64,000 bases of DNA from Solirubrobacterales bacterium. Lineage in GTDB: Bacteria; Actinomycetota; Thermoleophilia; Solirubrobacterales; 70-9. Shown here in pieces: positions 42,983-51,517 of this stretch (positions are counted from its first letter, which is position 1; each line of letters begins with the position of its first letter). The stretch lies in NCBI GenBank assembly GCA_044867815.1, contig JBIOVP010000064.1, positions 549 to 64,548 on the forward strand, written 5' to 3'. The notes below the pieces were generated by a model. It saw nothing but the letters and a program-made list of their open reading frames with translations. It did not search any database and was not told where the DNA came from. The translations under genes and the position numbers were made by a program.

Positions 42983-44182
42983 TCACACCGTCGGGCTGGC
43001 CTCGGCGATGAACAGGGAGCTGGCGTCAAGAGGCTGGCGACGCTCGCGGGCGCGATTTCGAATCTCCTCGAGTGGCTCGGCCGCCACGTAGTAGGTCCCC
43101 CGTTTCCTGCCGTGCTGCTTTAGCAGGCCGGCCTCGACAAGCGCCCTCAGATCGCTCGTCGCGACCTGATGCGAAACATCCTCAGCGCCAAACCGCCTGA
43201 GCACTGAACGATAGGAGGCGTTGCGAACCCGAAGCCCGAGAGTGGCGTCGAACAGCCCTTGGATCGACCGCTCGGGAAGTCCGCGTCGCTCCTCGAGCAA
43301 GGTTTCGAGGTCGGTCCACATCCTCTCTGACTCTCGAACCCGGCGCAGCACGCTCATGGCTTGGATGTAGTGGGCTTCCAGGCAGAACCGTACCCACGGG
43401 CGCGCATCTTTCTCAGGATTCCACTCCCCTTCGCCGACCTGGCCCAGGACCTCGTAGTACCGCTGGGTGTTAGCGCCCAGATACTCCTCGATGCTGCACC
43501 ACGCCGGAGCCAGAATTTTGTCGCGAGCCAGGACGAGAGTCTGAAGGCAGCGGGACATCCGCCCGTTGCCATCCCGAAACGGATGGATCATGACGAGGCT
43601 CAGGTGGGCCATCGCACCGCGAATGATCGGGGGAGCATCCTGGTGCTCGGAGAGTTGCGTCACCAGCTCGTCAACGAGACCTGGCACGTCATCCGCATCC
43701 GGGCCTTCGTAGACAACCTCGCCCGTGGCGTCATTCCGAATCCAGATTGGGCCCGCACGCCAAAGACCAGGACTCGCTTTCAGGTCGTACTCAGCCATCA
43801 TGAAATGGAGGCTTCGAAGCAGGTGCGCGCTCAGCTCGAAATGCTCATCCTCAGCGAGCTGCAGCACATAGGTCATCGCCCGCCGATAGCCCATCACCGC
43901 ATGCCAATCCTCGGTTCGGGCCTCGGCGGGATCACCGTCCTCGATAGCGGCGACCGCGTCCTCGACTGAGACGTGGTACCCCTCGATGCTGTTGGAGCCC
44001 TGGATTGCGCGAGCGGCCAGCATTCGCCGAACCGAGCCCACCCATCGACGCGGCTCAGCTACGTGGTGGCGCAGCTCTTTTCGCAGGTTGTCGATCTTGG
44101 CGAGGGCGATCTCCTCCTCGACCTGCAGCTCTGGAAATTCAAAAACCATCAGGCTCAACCCCGTGGGATATATAGATTGCAT
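42983..44182 (-). CDS. Fic family protein (AMPylase-type) with C-terminal winged-helix
   Basis: Canonical Fic motif HPFRDGNGRMSR and C-terminal SDLRALVEAGLLKQHGRKRGTYYVA. GC is lower than in the flanks. An alternative start is the Met at 44149. Confidence 0.88.
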   Translation of the reverse strand: MQSIYPTGLSLMVFEFPELQVEEEIALAKIDNLRKELRHHVAEPRRWVGSVRRMLAARAIQGSNSIEGYHVSVEDAVAAIEDGDPAEARTEDWHAVMGYRRAMTYVLQLAEDEHFELSAHLLRSLHFMMAEYDLKASPGLWRAGPIWIRNDATGEVVYEGPDADDVPGLVDELVTQLSEHQDAPPIIRGAMAHLSLVMIHPFRDGNGRMSRCLQTLVLARDKILAPAWCSIEEYLGANTQRYYEVLGQVGEGEWNPEKDARPWVRFCLEAHYIQAMSVLRRVRESERMWTDLETLLEERRGLPERSIQGLFDATLGLRVRNASYRSVLRRFGAEDVSHQVATSDLRALVEAGLLKQHGRKRGTYYVAAEPLEEIRNRARERRQPLDASSLFIAEASPTV

Positions 44183-44486
44183 CCATCTTCAGAATTGATA
44201 ATAACATTCCTACCAAAGGAAGCAAACATTCAAACTGACCCACTACTCGGCGCCGGGACGTCGTTCCACTCGACGACTGGAGTCGCGCGCTCTGGCGTCC
44301 GATCCTCGGTGGAGGATTCGGGCGTGCTCTGGCGAAGCGGATCCGCGATGCGCTCCTTGTCACTCCCGCGGGTGAAGGCCGCCGTATTGGCCTCTGAATG
44401 GCGCAGGAGAGGTCGCCGCGATAGCCTCCGCGAAGTGAACGGGGCGGTATCACTCCTGCCTGCAAGCGAGCTCGGAAAGACCCGAG

Positions 44487-44669
44487 ATGGCTGAGCGCTC
44501 CCCGATTTCGGTCCTCAGCCGCTTCGCGAAGGCAAAGAAGCTGCCGGCGGTCGGGCGGGTCTCGGGTGGAGGGGTTCGCACCGTCTACTACCGCCATCCG
44601 AACCGGGTCAAGGTCGTCCGCGGCAAACGGGTCAACGGCACCCGCGCGGCGAGCTACGGCCAGCGCTAG
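44487..44669 (+). CDS. Possible 60-aa basic protein
   Basis: Sequence is MAERSPISVLSRFAKAKKLPAVGRVSGGGVRTVYYRHPNRVKVVRGKRVNG... It ends 20 nt upstream of the paralog-2 membrane protein gene. No family recognised. Confidence 0.3.
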   Translation: MAERSPISVLSRFAKAKKLPAVGRVSGGGVRTVYYRHPNRVKVVRGKRVNGTRAASYGQR

Positions 44670-44689
44670 AGCAGCTCCCCGCCGCGCTG

Positions 44690-45997
44690 ATGCGCTCGTC
44701 CTTCGAGCAGGAGCTTGCCACGGCCGGGCGACTCGCCCCCGAGCTCGTGCTTCCCGACTGCGATTGGGTGCATCGACGCGTCCAGCGAGTCTCCTATCTC
44801 GACCGCCGCTTGCTCCTGAACCGGCTTAGCGTCGATTTCACCGTGCCCGCGGACTGGGAGGGCGATTTGGTCCCGGTCTCGGTCCTGCCGAAGTGGCCGC
44901 CGCTATACCGCCTCGACTTCAAAGCGGAAGACGGACGACCGATCCCGCTGCTGACGAGCGCCGAGAACGGAGTCGTCGACGAGGCCCTGATGTCGGCCCT
45001 GGTCGAGACGGTCGCCCCGGCAGCCTTCGAACACCCCGGCTTCAAGGCCGCGCTGACCAGCCTCACCCGCGGACCTGAGACCCACCTCGAGGTTGCCTTT
45101 GAAACCTTTCGCGCCGGGTTGCCTAACGATCCCTCCGACAAGCGGGTCGAGCGCCTACTCGACCTCGCCGCGATGCTGACTGATGCGACGCTCCTCTGGT
45201 ACCCGGTCGACCACTCGCGAAGGGGAGAGCGGATGCTCTGCAAGGTTGAGTACCTGATCCGCAATTTTGAGACCGAAAGTTGGCCGCTGCGCCTAATGCG
45301 CTCGCTCTCCTGGGCGCATCCGGCAGAGTGGATACCGCTCTGGCACATTGGTGCCGACGCAAATTTCCACGCCGAGCTCGAAGCACCGTCGGTCTTAACC
45401 GTCCGCGGCGTGGAGCCGCGCTTCTATTGGTTCAGCGACGAAAGCCTCGAGGATGATGGTGAGGAGACCGACGCCGACTCCGCCGAAGCCGAATCGGTGG
45501 GCCTGCGGCCCGAGCAACACATCGATCGCGAGGGACGACTGGCGCACGTCTATGTCGCCGGCAGGCGGCCGCTGGGGGCGGACCTGATTGCCACCTTCGC
45601 TGCCTCTCGCACGGTCGTGTTCCCGATGTTCGGGGCGGCGCTCCTGATCGCCGGCCTCGTAACCGCGTTCTATTGCTGGCGGGAGGAGATGGTATCCCCG
45701 AGCCACATCGATGCGGCCGTTGCGGTTCTCATTCTGATCCCCGCCTTGATCGGATACGTAGTGATCCGCCCCTCCGATCCGCCTGTGGCCAGGCGCTTCA
45801 TTCTCGGCGCCCAGACCCTCTCGTTAGCGGCAAGTGCCGTGCCCCTGCTGATGGCGGTATTGCTCCTACGCTACTCCGGAGATCCGGCTTGCCTGCAGAG
45901 CGTCTGGGTGTGGCCGATGCGGGCCTCGTGGATCATCGCGGCATGCCTGGCCTTCAGCTTTCTGCGCGCCGGCTCGGGCGGGAAGCCGGACTCATAA
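44690..45997 (+). CDS. Membrane protein of unknown function, paralog 2
   Basis: 435 aa. Contains NRLSVDFTVPAD and RLDFKAEDG..LTSAENG motifs, an acidic linker and 3-4 C-terminal TM helices. Same architecture as 15780..17162. Confidence 0.65.
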   Translation: MRSSFEQELATAGRLAPELVLPDCDWVHRRVQRVSYLDRRLLLNRLSVDFTVPADWEGDLVPVSVLPKWPPLYRLDFKAEDGRPIPLLTSAENGVVDEALMSALVETVAPAAFEHPGFKAALTSLTRGPETHLEVAFETFRAGLPNDPSDKRVERLLDLAAMLTDATLLWYPVDHSRRGERMLCKVEYLIRNFETESWPLRLMRSLSWAHPAEWIPLWHIGADANFHAELEAPSVLTVRGVEPRFYWFSDESLEDDGEETDADSAEAESVGLRPEQHIDREGRLAHVYVAGRRPLGADLIATFAASRTVVFPMFGAALLIAGLVTAFYCWREEMVSPSHIDAAVAVLILIPALIGYVVIRPSDPPVARRFILGAQTLSLAASAVPLLMAVLLLRYSGDPACLQSVWVWPMRASWIIAACLAFSFLRAGSGGKPDS

Positions 45998-46010
45998 GCG
46001 GCCTCGAAGG

Positions 46011-47297
46011 CTAGCCGCAGGCGACCTCCCAGGCCTCCTCGGCCCCCAGCAGCGGCGCCAGCGCCAGGTAGGTGGCGAAGGGGACCAGCTCGCCGAGGCG
46101 CTCGACACCCTGCTCCCGCACCCAGAGGAAGAGCAGGGCGTGGATCGCCGCCAGGGTCGCTTCCAGCGGCACCGGCTCGATCCCGGTCGGCGCCTCGGCG
46201 GGCAGCGAGCACAGCACGGAGACGATCTCGGCCTCGTGGCGGTCGCGCAGCTGCACCGCCTCCAGCCCCAACCCGTAGACCTCGACCGAGCGCAGATGGG
46301 CGAAGGCGGGCTCGGCGGCGAGGAAGCCGAAGATCGCCTCCAGGGCGACCCGGAGCGCCGCCGGCCAGGGCGGTGCCCGCCGCACCGCCGGCAGGGTCGC
46401 CGCCACGAGCTGGGCCCCACTCGAGTCGAGCGCCGCGTTGAAGGCGTCTTCCTTGTCGCGGAAGTGGGCGTAGAAGGTGGCCTGGGAGATCGAGGCCCGG
46501 GCCACCACGTCGGAGACCTTGGTGCCGGCGTAGCCTTTCTCGGCGACCACGGCGGCGAAGGCGCGAAGGATCCGCTCGCCGGAGAGGTGGGCGGCGAACG
46601 GGGGCGCCTCGCTGGCCGCGGCGCGGTTGCGGCGGGTCGGCGAGCGCAGCGGCCGCGGCGGCGGCGGCACCGAGAGAACCCAGCGTCCGAGCGCCGAGGC
46701 CAGCTCCTCGATCCCCTCGATCTCGTCCCTCGCGAGCCGGCGGGCCACCACCCCCGCGACGCCACCGAGCAGCGCCCGTGTCAGCTCTGGCGGCATACCC
46801 TGGCGTCCGGGGGTCTGCTCGAAGGCCGCCTGCAGCAGCTCGCCCGTCCGCTTTTCGACCTCGTGCATCCGGCCCCGGGCCTCCTCGCCGGCGCTGAACG
46901 CCTCGACCAGGAGGAGCCTGGCGGCGTAGGGCTGGTGCGCCAGCATCTGAGCCAGCGCCCGGCCGACCGCCACCACCCCCTGCTCGGGACCGTCCACGTC
47001 CAGGGGTCCCTCCGCCACCTGGCGCCTGGTGATCGCGACGATCTCGTCGAGCGTCGCCAGGAAGCACTCCTCCTTGTCGGCGAAGTGCTGGTAGAAGGAG
47101 CGGCTGGAGACGCCGGAGATCTCGACCAGGTCGGCGACCGAGGTCGCCCGGTAGCCCTTGGTGGAGGCCACCGCGACCATCGCCGCGAAGAGCCGTTCGC
47201 GCTGGTTTCGCCGCGCCACCTCCCGCGGGGTACCGCGCCCGGGGGCGAGGCGCCGCTCGTGCAGCGTGCTTGCGTTCCCCCAAGGCGTCATCACCAT
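46011..47297 (-). CDS. Fused tandem (double) TetR-like regulator, second copy
   Basis: Two family units (RNQRERLFAAMVAVASTKGYRATSVADLVEISGVSSRSFYQHF.. and ERILRAFAAVVAEKGYAGTKVSDVVARASISQATFYAHF..). The start is uncertain (47297 or 47357). Confidence 0.75.
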   Translation of the reverse strand: MVMTPWGNASTLHERRLAPGRGTPREVARRNQRERLFAAMVAVASTKGYRATSVADLVEISGVSSRSFYQHFADKEECFLATLDEIVAITRRQVAEGPLDVDGPEQGVVAVGRALAQMLAHQPYAARLLLVEAFSAGEEARGRMHEVEKRTGELLQAAFEQTPGRQGMPPELTRALLGGVAGVVARRLARDEIEGIEELASALGRWVLSVPPPPRPLRSPTRRNRAAASEAPPFAAHLSGERILRAFAAVVAEKGYAGTKVSDVVARASISQATFYAHFRDKEDAFNAALDSSGAQLVAATLPAVRRAPPWPAALRVALEAIFGFLAAEPAFAHLRSVEVYGLGLEAVQLRDRHEAEIVSVLCSLPAEAPTGIEPVPLEATLAAIHALLFLWVREQGVERLGELVPFATYLALAPLLGAEEAWEVACG

Positions 47298-47560
47298 TGC
47301 GGCGGCAACATATCCGGCCAATTCGACCCCCGGAGCTGTGGTGAAGCAACGGTACACCCGCGCTTCTAAAGCGACCCCAGGGGGTGCCGCAAACCCAGTG
47401 CTGATGCCGGTTCCCGACCCTTGACGCGGATCTTCGCTCCCCTTGCGGCCGCCGCCGCGACGCGGGCGTCGCTCCCCGGCTCAACGAGGGTCTATTCCTG
47501 ACAAAACCAATGCCTATCCTTTAACTGCCCCACGGCAGGGTGGGCGGTACCTCAGGTTTT

Positions 47561-47893
47561 TCAATCGCTGTGGCTCTGGCTGTACTGCCGGGCGAGCGGT
47601 TCGCTGAGGAGCTCGAAGAGGGTCGCAAGCTTTCTCGCCGCGTCGAGGTCGAGGGTGAAGCGCCGCGCCGGCCGGCCGGGGGTGAGGCCGTCGGGCTCGG
47701 CCGGCAGCTCGCGGACGAGGCCGAGGGTCTCGAGGGCGCCGAGGTGGCGGAGGGCGGTGGGACCGCTGGTGTGACAGCGGTCGCGAAGCTCGGGCGCCGT
47801 CGCCGTCCCCAGCTCGCAGAGGCCGCGCAGGATCGCCAGCCGAATCGGGTCGGTGAGGATCGCCGCCCAGCTCTGGTCTATCGACCAACGCAA
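47561..47893 (-). CDS. ArsR-family winged-helix regulator
   Basis: TTG start. Contains ILTDPIRLAILRGLCELGTATAPELRDRCHTSGPTALRHLGALETLGLV. Confidence 0.75.
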   Translation of the reverse strand: MRWSIDQSWAAILTDPIRLAILRGLCELGTATAPELRDRCHTSGPTALRHLGALETLGLVRELPAEPDGLTPGRPARRFTLDLDAARKLATLFELLSEPLARQYSQSHSD

Positions 47894-47938
47894 GGCTGCT
47901 CCTCCGCGGCGGGGTTCCCCGTCGCATTCGCGGGGCCG

Positions 47939-47978
47939 AAAAAGCGCCCCCGGGCGGGGAACCCGAGGACGCTTTTTT
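47939..47978 (-). terminator. Strong A-tract/hairpin/T-tract terminator-like element upstream of the ArsR gene
   Basis: Minus strand reads AAAAAA-GCGTCCTCGGGT-TCCCC-GCCCGGGGGCGC-TTTTT. The stem is 11-12 bp including G-U pairs. On the plus strand the same stem has A-C mismatches, so the element is orientated with the minus strand. Confidence 0.55.
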
Positions 47979-48270
47979 CGAGGCCCGCCTCGACAGGGAA
48001 GGCGAGGGGGCCCGGGGTGGATGTAGCCGCACGCGACGAGGCGGCAGGGATTCCGCTCCCATCGCGCCCTGCGGGAATCAACAATCGGCCGAGTCCCAGA
48101 CAGCTACAGCAGAGAAAGTAGTCCCATTGCACGGTCTTGTCAAGGATAGATGCTGGTTCTATATCCCGACGTGGGCGGTCCAGGCCCTCACCGGGTCATT
48201 GGTCGAGGAGTGTACATGGGCGCTTCTAAGCCACGGTTGGGCAGGCGCAGAGCGAAACCATAACTCATCC

Positions 48271-48300
48271 TTGACAACACCTTAGATCTCTCGTTACAGT
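48271..48300 (+). promoter_or_regulatory. Candidate promoter of cassette 2 (TTGACA-N18-TACAGT)
   Basis: Extended motif ATCCTTGACAACACC. About 110 nt of leader to the GTG at 48416. Confidence 0.4.
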
Positions 48301-48349
48301 ACCGCTGCTTTTCAATAGCTCCGCCCCGCAGGCCGGGTCGAGCAGAGAG

Positions 48350-48372
48350 GGCGGCTCGGGAAGCCGCCTTTT
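48350..48372 (+). terminator. Terminator-like hairpin inside the A2 leader (possible attenuator)
   Basis: GGCGGCT-CGGGA-AGCCGCC followed by TTTT, located between the candidate promoter and the A2 start codon. Confidence 0.4.
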
Positions 48373-48415
48373 GACAACAAAGGTCCGGCAGGGGCCAGAG
48401 GACAAGGAGAGATAC

Positions 48416-51400
48416 GTGAAGGCAAGGGACGTACTCGGCGCATTGGTTGGCCGTACCAGGATCCTCCTCGTCCTCGGGGCGCTGGTAGCCCTCGCCCTGC
48501 CGGCGAGCGCCGTCGCCGCCCCGCCGCAGCTGACGATCGGCCCGGTAACCGACGAATCGCTCGTCACCGCCAAGGTCTCAGGCACCGTCGACGCCGACGG
48601 CATCTTCAGCGAATGGTGGTTCGAGGTCTCGACCGAAGGCGGCGAATTCGTCCGCTCCAGCGTCGGCGGCACGGTCGAAGGGAGCGATCCCGAAAGCGTC
48701 TCCGGCACGCTGCAGGGACTGGCCGCCGGCAAGAGCCACGAGGTCCGCCTGGCCGCCCTCAACTACGAGGAATTCGTCACCGAAACCTCCGAAGCCAAAG
48801 CCTTTAGCACCGATCCCGCCGTCGCCCCGGCGCTGACGCTCGACCCAGCGGCCGACGTCACCAGCGGCGGCGCCCACCTCGCCGGCACGATCGACCCCGA
48901 AGGCGGCAACACCGACCCCGAAGCGGGCCTGCTGGCGATCAGCTGGGAGCTGCAGATCAACCGCGAAAACCCGCAGACGAGCGAACTGGAAGGCTGGAAC
49001 ACGGTCGGCTCGGAAGAATGGACCGACGCGAGGGCGGAAGCCGACGACCCGATCGGCGTCGAAGCCGACGCGACGGGGCTGCAGCCGAACTCGCACTACC
49101 GCTACCGCCTGCTGGTTCGCTACGCGGGCCTCGAAGCGGAAGCGCCGGAAGGCGGGGCCGCGGCCTTCGACACCGGCGCGGTCAAGCCCGACGTCGCCCG
49201 CGAAACCCTCTGGAACCCGACCCGCACCTCGATCCAGCTCAACGCCAAGGTCAACCCCCACAACGCCCAGCTCGGCGACTGCCACTTCGAGTACGGCGTG
49301 GGGGGCGATCTCGACCAGAGCGCTCCCTGCGAGAGGCAGCTCCCCGGCGGCGGGTCGTTCACCCTTCCCGGCAACGAGGGCTTCTCCGGCGTCGCCGCCC
49401 GCATCGGCGGTCTCTCTCCCGGCACCGAGTACGGCTTCCGCCTCGTCGCCACCAACAGCGCCGGCACCACCGAAGGGGAGGTGCGCAGCTTCACCACCCT
49501 GGCGGAGCCGGAACCCGAATCCTGCCCCAACCAGGAGATCCGCGATTTCCAGCACACCACGTTCCTCCCCGATTGCCGCGCCTACGAGAAGGTTTCGCCG
49601 TCGAAAAAGAGCATTGGCGACATCGTCGGCTTCAGCAACACGAACTTCGCCTCGATCGACGGCAACGGCCTCACCTTCTCCACCCTCACCCCCTTCGGAG
49701 ACACGATCGGCTCCGGCATCGTCGGCCAAACCATGTACCTCGCCCGCCGGGCCGGGGACGGTTGGTCCAGCCATGCGATCACGCCCGTCCCGCGCCACGA
49801 CGCCTACCAGACCTTCGTCGGAACCCGCATGCAGGCGTTCTCCGGCGACCTAAGCCGCACCGTCCTCAGGGGGTTCGATCTTCCCGCCGCGAGCGACGAC
49901 ATTCCCCTGCACAACAACCTCTACGTCGAGGAGACCAGTTCCCGCACCCTGCAGACGGTGACGATGAAGCAGAACGGCCTCCCCGACCCCTCACCATTTC
50001 TCGCCAACGAGCAATTCGTCGAAACCGACTGGGGCACCTCCGCTGACGCCCGCCATGTCGCCTTCGTCTCCCGCGCCTCCTACCTGCCGGTGATCAAGCA
50101 GCTGCGCGAAGCGGAACCGCCCGAACAGGGACCCTCCGCCCCGAACATCTACCAGTGGGACGACGGCGTCCTCAGCCTCGCCGGCATCCTCCCCGACGGT
50201 TCGGTGGCCACCGCTGGTTCGGATGCCGCGGCCCAAAACCTTTTCGGCTATCGCGCTGCGATGTCGGAGGATGGATCGCGCCTTCTCTTCCGCGCCTCGG
50301 CCGGTGGCCCGAAGCAGCTCTACCAGCGCGTCAATGGGGAAGAAACGGTTTGGGTCTCTCGACCCGAGGTCGACCCCGCCGATCCAAATCTCCCCCCCGG
50401 CTATCAGCCCGAACCCGCCGACGTCACCCTCCAGGCCGCGTCTCCTTCCGGCCACGCGGTCTTTTTCTCCACCTCCAGCCCCCTTCTCAGCGACGACACC
50501 AACGAAGCCGGCGACCTCTACCGCTGGACCGCGGAGCCGGATGTATCCAGTGGAAAGCACCTCACCCGGATCACCTCGGGGGGCTTTGGTGGCGAAGTCA
50601 TCGGGATGAGCGATGACGCCGAGCGCATTTACTATCAATCCGGGGGAAACATCATCTTCTGGGCCCATGGTGCAGGTCGAGTGATTGCCTCAGGGGCGTT
50701 CGGCGGGTTTTTACTGGGAGAAAGGCCACCGGGAGTCATGTTCAGCCCAGGAATGGCCAGGGTGACTCCTGACGGTCGCTATCTCGCGTTCCTCACTAAC
50801 GCTCAGGACGGAGATCCCCCAGTAGGGCCGGCGGGCGACCTGATCGGCAGCGACGGTCCCCCAGCGCAAATGTACCTGTACAGCCTCGATAACGACACGC
50901 TGGACTGCATCTCCTGTCCGCCCGGGGTCGCGAAGAACAACACCAGCGTTGTAAACGGGGCAAGTGTTGGGATTGTCCCCCACAATCCCAAACAGTTCCG
51001 CCCCCGATATCTAAGCCATGGCGGCGCGGTCAGTTTCTCGACCGCCGAGGCCCTCGTTCCTGATGATTCCAACGGCGAAGTCGATTCTTACCGGTACGAC
51101 CCCGTCACCGGAAGCCTCGGCCTGCTCTCCACCGGCAGGGGCGCAGCGCCGACCACGTTCGTCGCCGCCGACCCCGACGGGGACAACGTCTTCCTCGCGA
51201 CCCGGCAGCGCCTCGTGCCATCCGACACCGATGAACTCGTCGACGTGTACGACGTCCGCATCGGCGGCGGCTTCCCCGAAACGATTCCCGCCGTACCGCC
51301 TCTTCCCTGCAGGAGTGACGGCTGCCAGCCACCGGTCTCGATGCCCGCTCCGTCCACTCCGGCGGCCTCCGCCGCTGCGGGTCGAGGCAACGTCAAACAG

Positions 51401-51517
51401 CAGCGCCGGCGCTGCGGCCGCCGCGCGGCTTCGGCTAGCCGTCGGACGAAGCAGCGCTGCGCGAAGAAGCCCCACAAGCAAAGACGAGCGCACCACGACA
51501 GGGGGGCTGGACGATGA
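48416..51517 (+). CDS. A2: giant secreted A-family protein (3 FN3-like repeats, beta-propeller region, CxxxxC plus basic tail)
   Basis: GTG start after GGAGAGA. Signal ILLVLGALVALALPASAVAA. Contains FLPDCRAYEKVSPSKKSIGDI and repeats such as SEDGSRLLF, TPDGRYLAF and DPDGDNVFLATRQRLVPSDTD. The tail is GGGFPE..CRSDGC..KKPHKQRRAHH. Confidence 0.9.
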   Translation: MKARDVLGALVGRTRILLVLGALVALALPASAVAAPPQLTIGPVTDESLVTAKVSGTVDADGIFSEWWFEVSTEGGEFVRSSVGGTVEGSDPESVSGTLQGLAAGKSHEVRLAALNYEEFVTETSEAKAFSTDPAVAPALTLDPAADVTSGGAHLAGTIDPEGGNTDPEAGLLAISWELQINRENPQTSELEGWNTVGSEEWTDARAEADDPIGVEADATGLQPNSHYRYRLLVRYAGLEAEAPEGGAAAFDTGAVKPDVARETLWNPTRTSIQLNAKVNPHNAQLGDCHFEYGVGGDLDQSAPCERQLPGGGSFTLPGNEGFSGVAARIGGLSPGTEYGFRLVATNSAGTTEGEVRSFTTLAEPEPESCPNQEIRDFQHTTFLPDCRAYEKVSPSKKSIGDIVGFSNTNFASIDGNGLTFSTLTPFGDTIGSGIVGQTMYLARRAGDGWSSHAITPVPRHDAYQTFVGTRMQAFSGDLSRTVLRGFDLPAASDDIPLHNNLYVEETSSRTLQTVTMKQNGLPDPSPFLANEQFVETDWGTSADARHVAFVSRASYLPVIKQLREAEPPEQGPSAPNIYQWDDGVLSLAGILPDGSVATAGSDAAAQNLFGYRAAMSEDGSRLLFRASAGGPKQLYQRVNGEETVWVSRPEVDPADPNLPPGYQPEPADVTLQAASPSGHAVFFSTSSPLLSDDTNEAGDLYRWTAEPDVSSGKHLTRITSGGFGGEVIGMSDDAERIYYQSGGNIIFWAHGAGRVIASGAFGGFLLGERPPGVMFSPGMARVTPDGRYLAFLTNAQDGDPPVGPAGDLIGSDGPPAQMYLYSLDNDTLDCISCPPGVAKNNTSVVNGASVGIVPHNPKQFRPRYLSHGGAVSFSTAEALVPDDSNGEVDSYRYDPVTGSLGLLSTGRGAAPTTFVAADPDGDNVFLATRQRLVPSDTDELVDVYDVRIGGGFPETIPAVPPLPCRSDGCQPPVSMPAPSTPAASAAAGRGNVKQQRRRCGRRAASASRRTKQRCAKKPHKQRRAHHDRGAGR

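Noticed and set aside
47878-48132. 84-aa minus-strand ORF (MQWDYFLCCSCLGLG..) upstream of the ArsR gene
   Set aside because: Its start lies upstream of the predicted minus-strand transcription start, it reads straight through a strong terminator hairpin, and its composition is non-protein-like.
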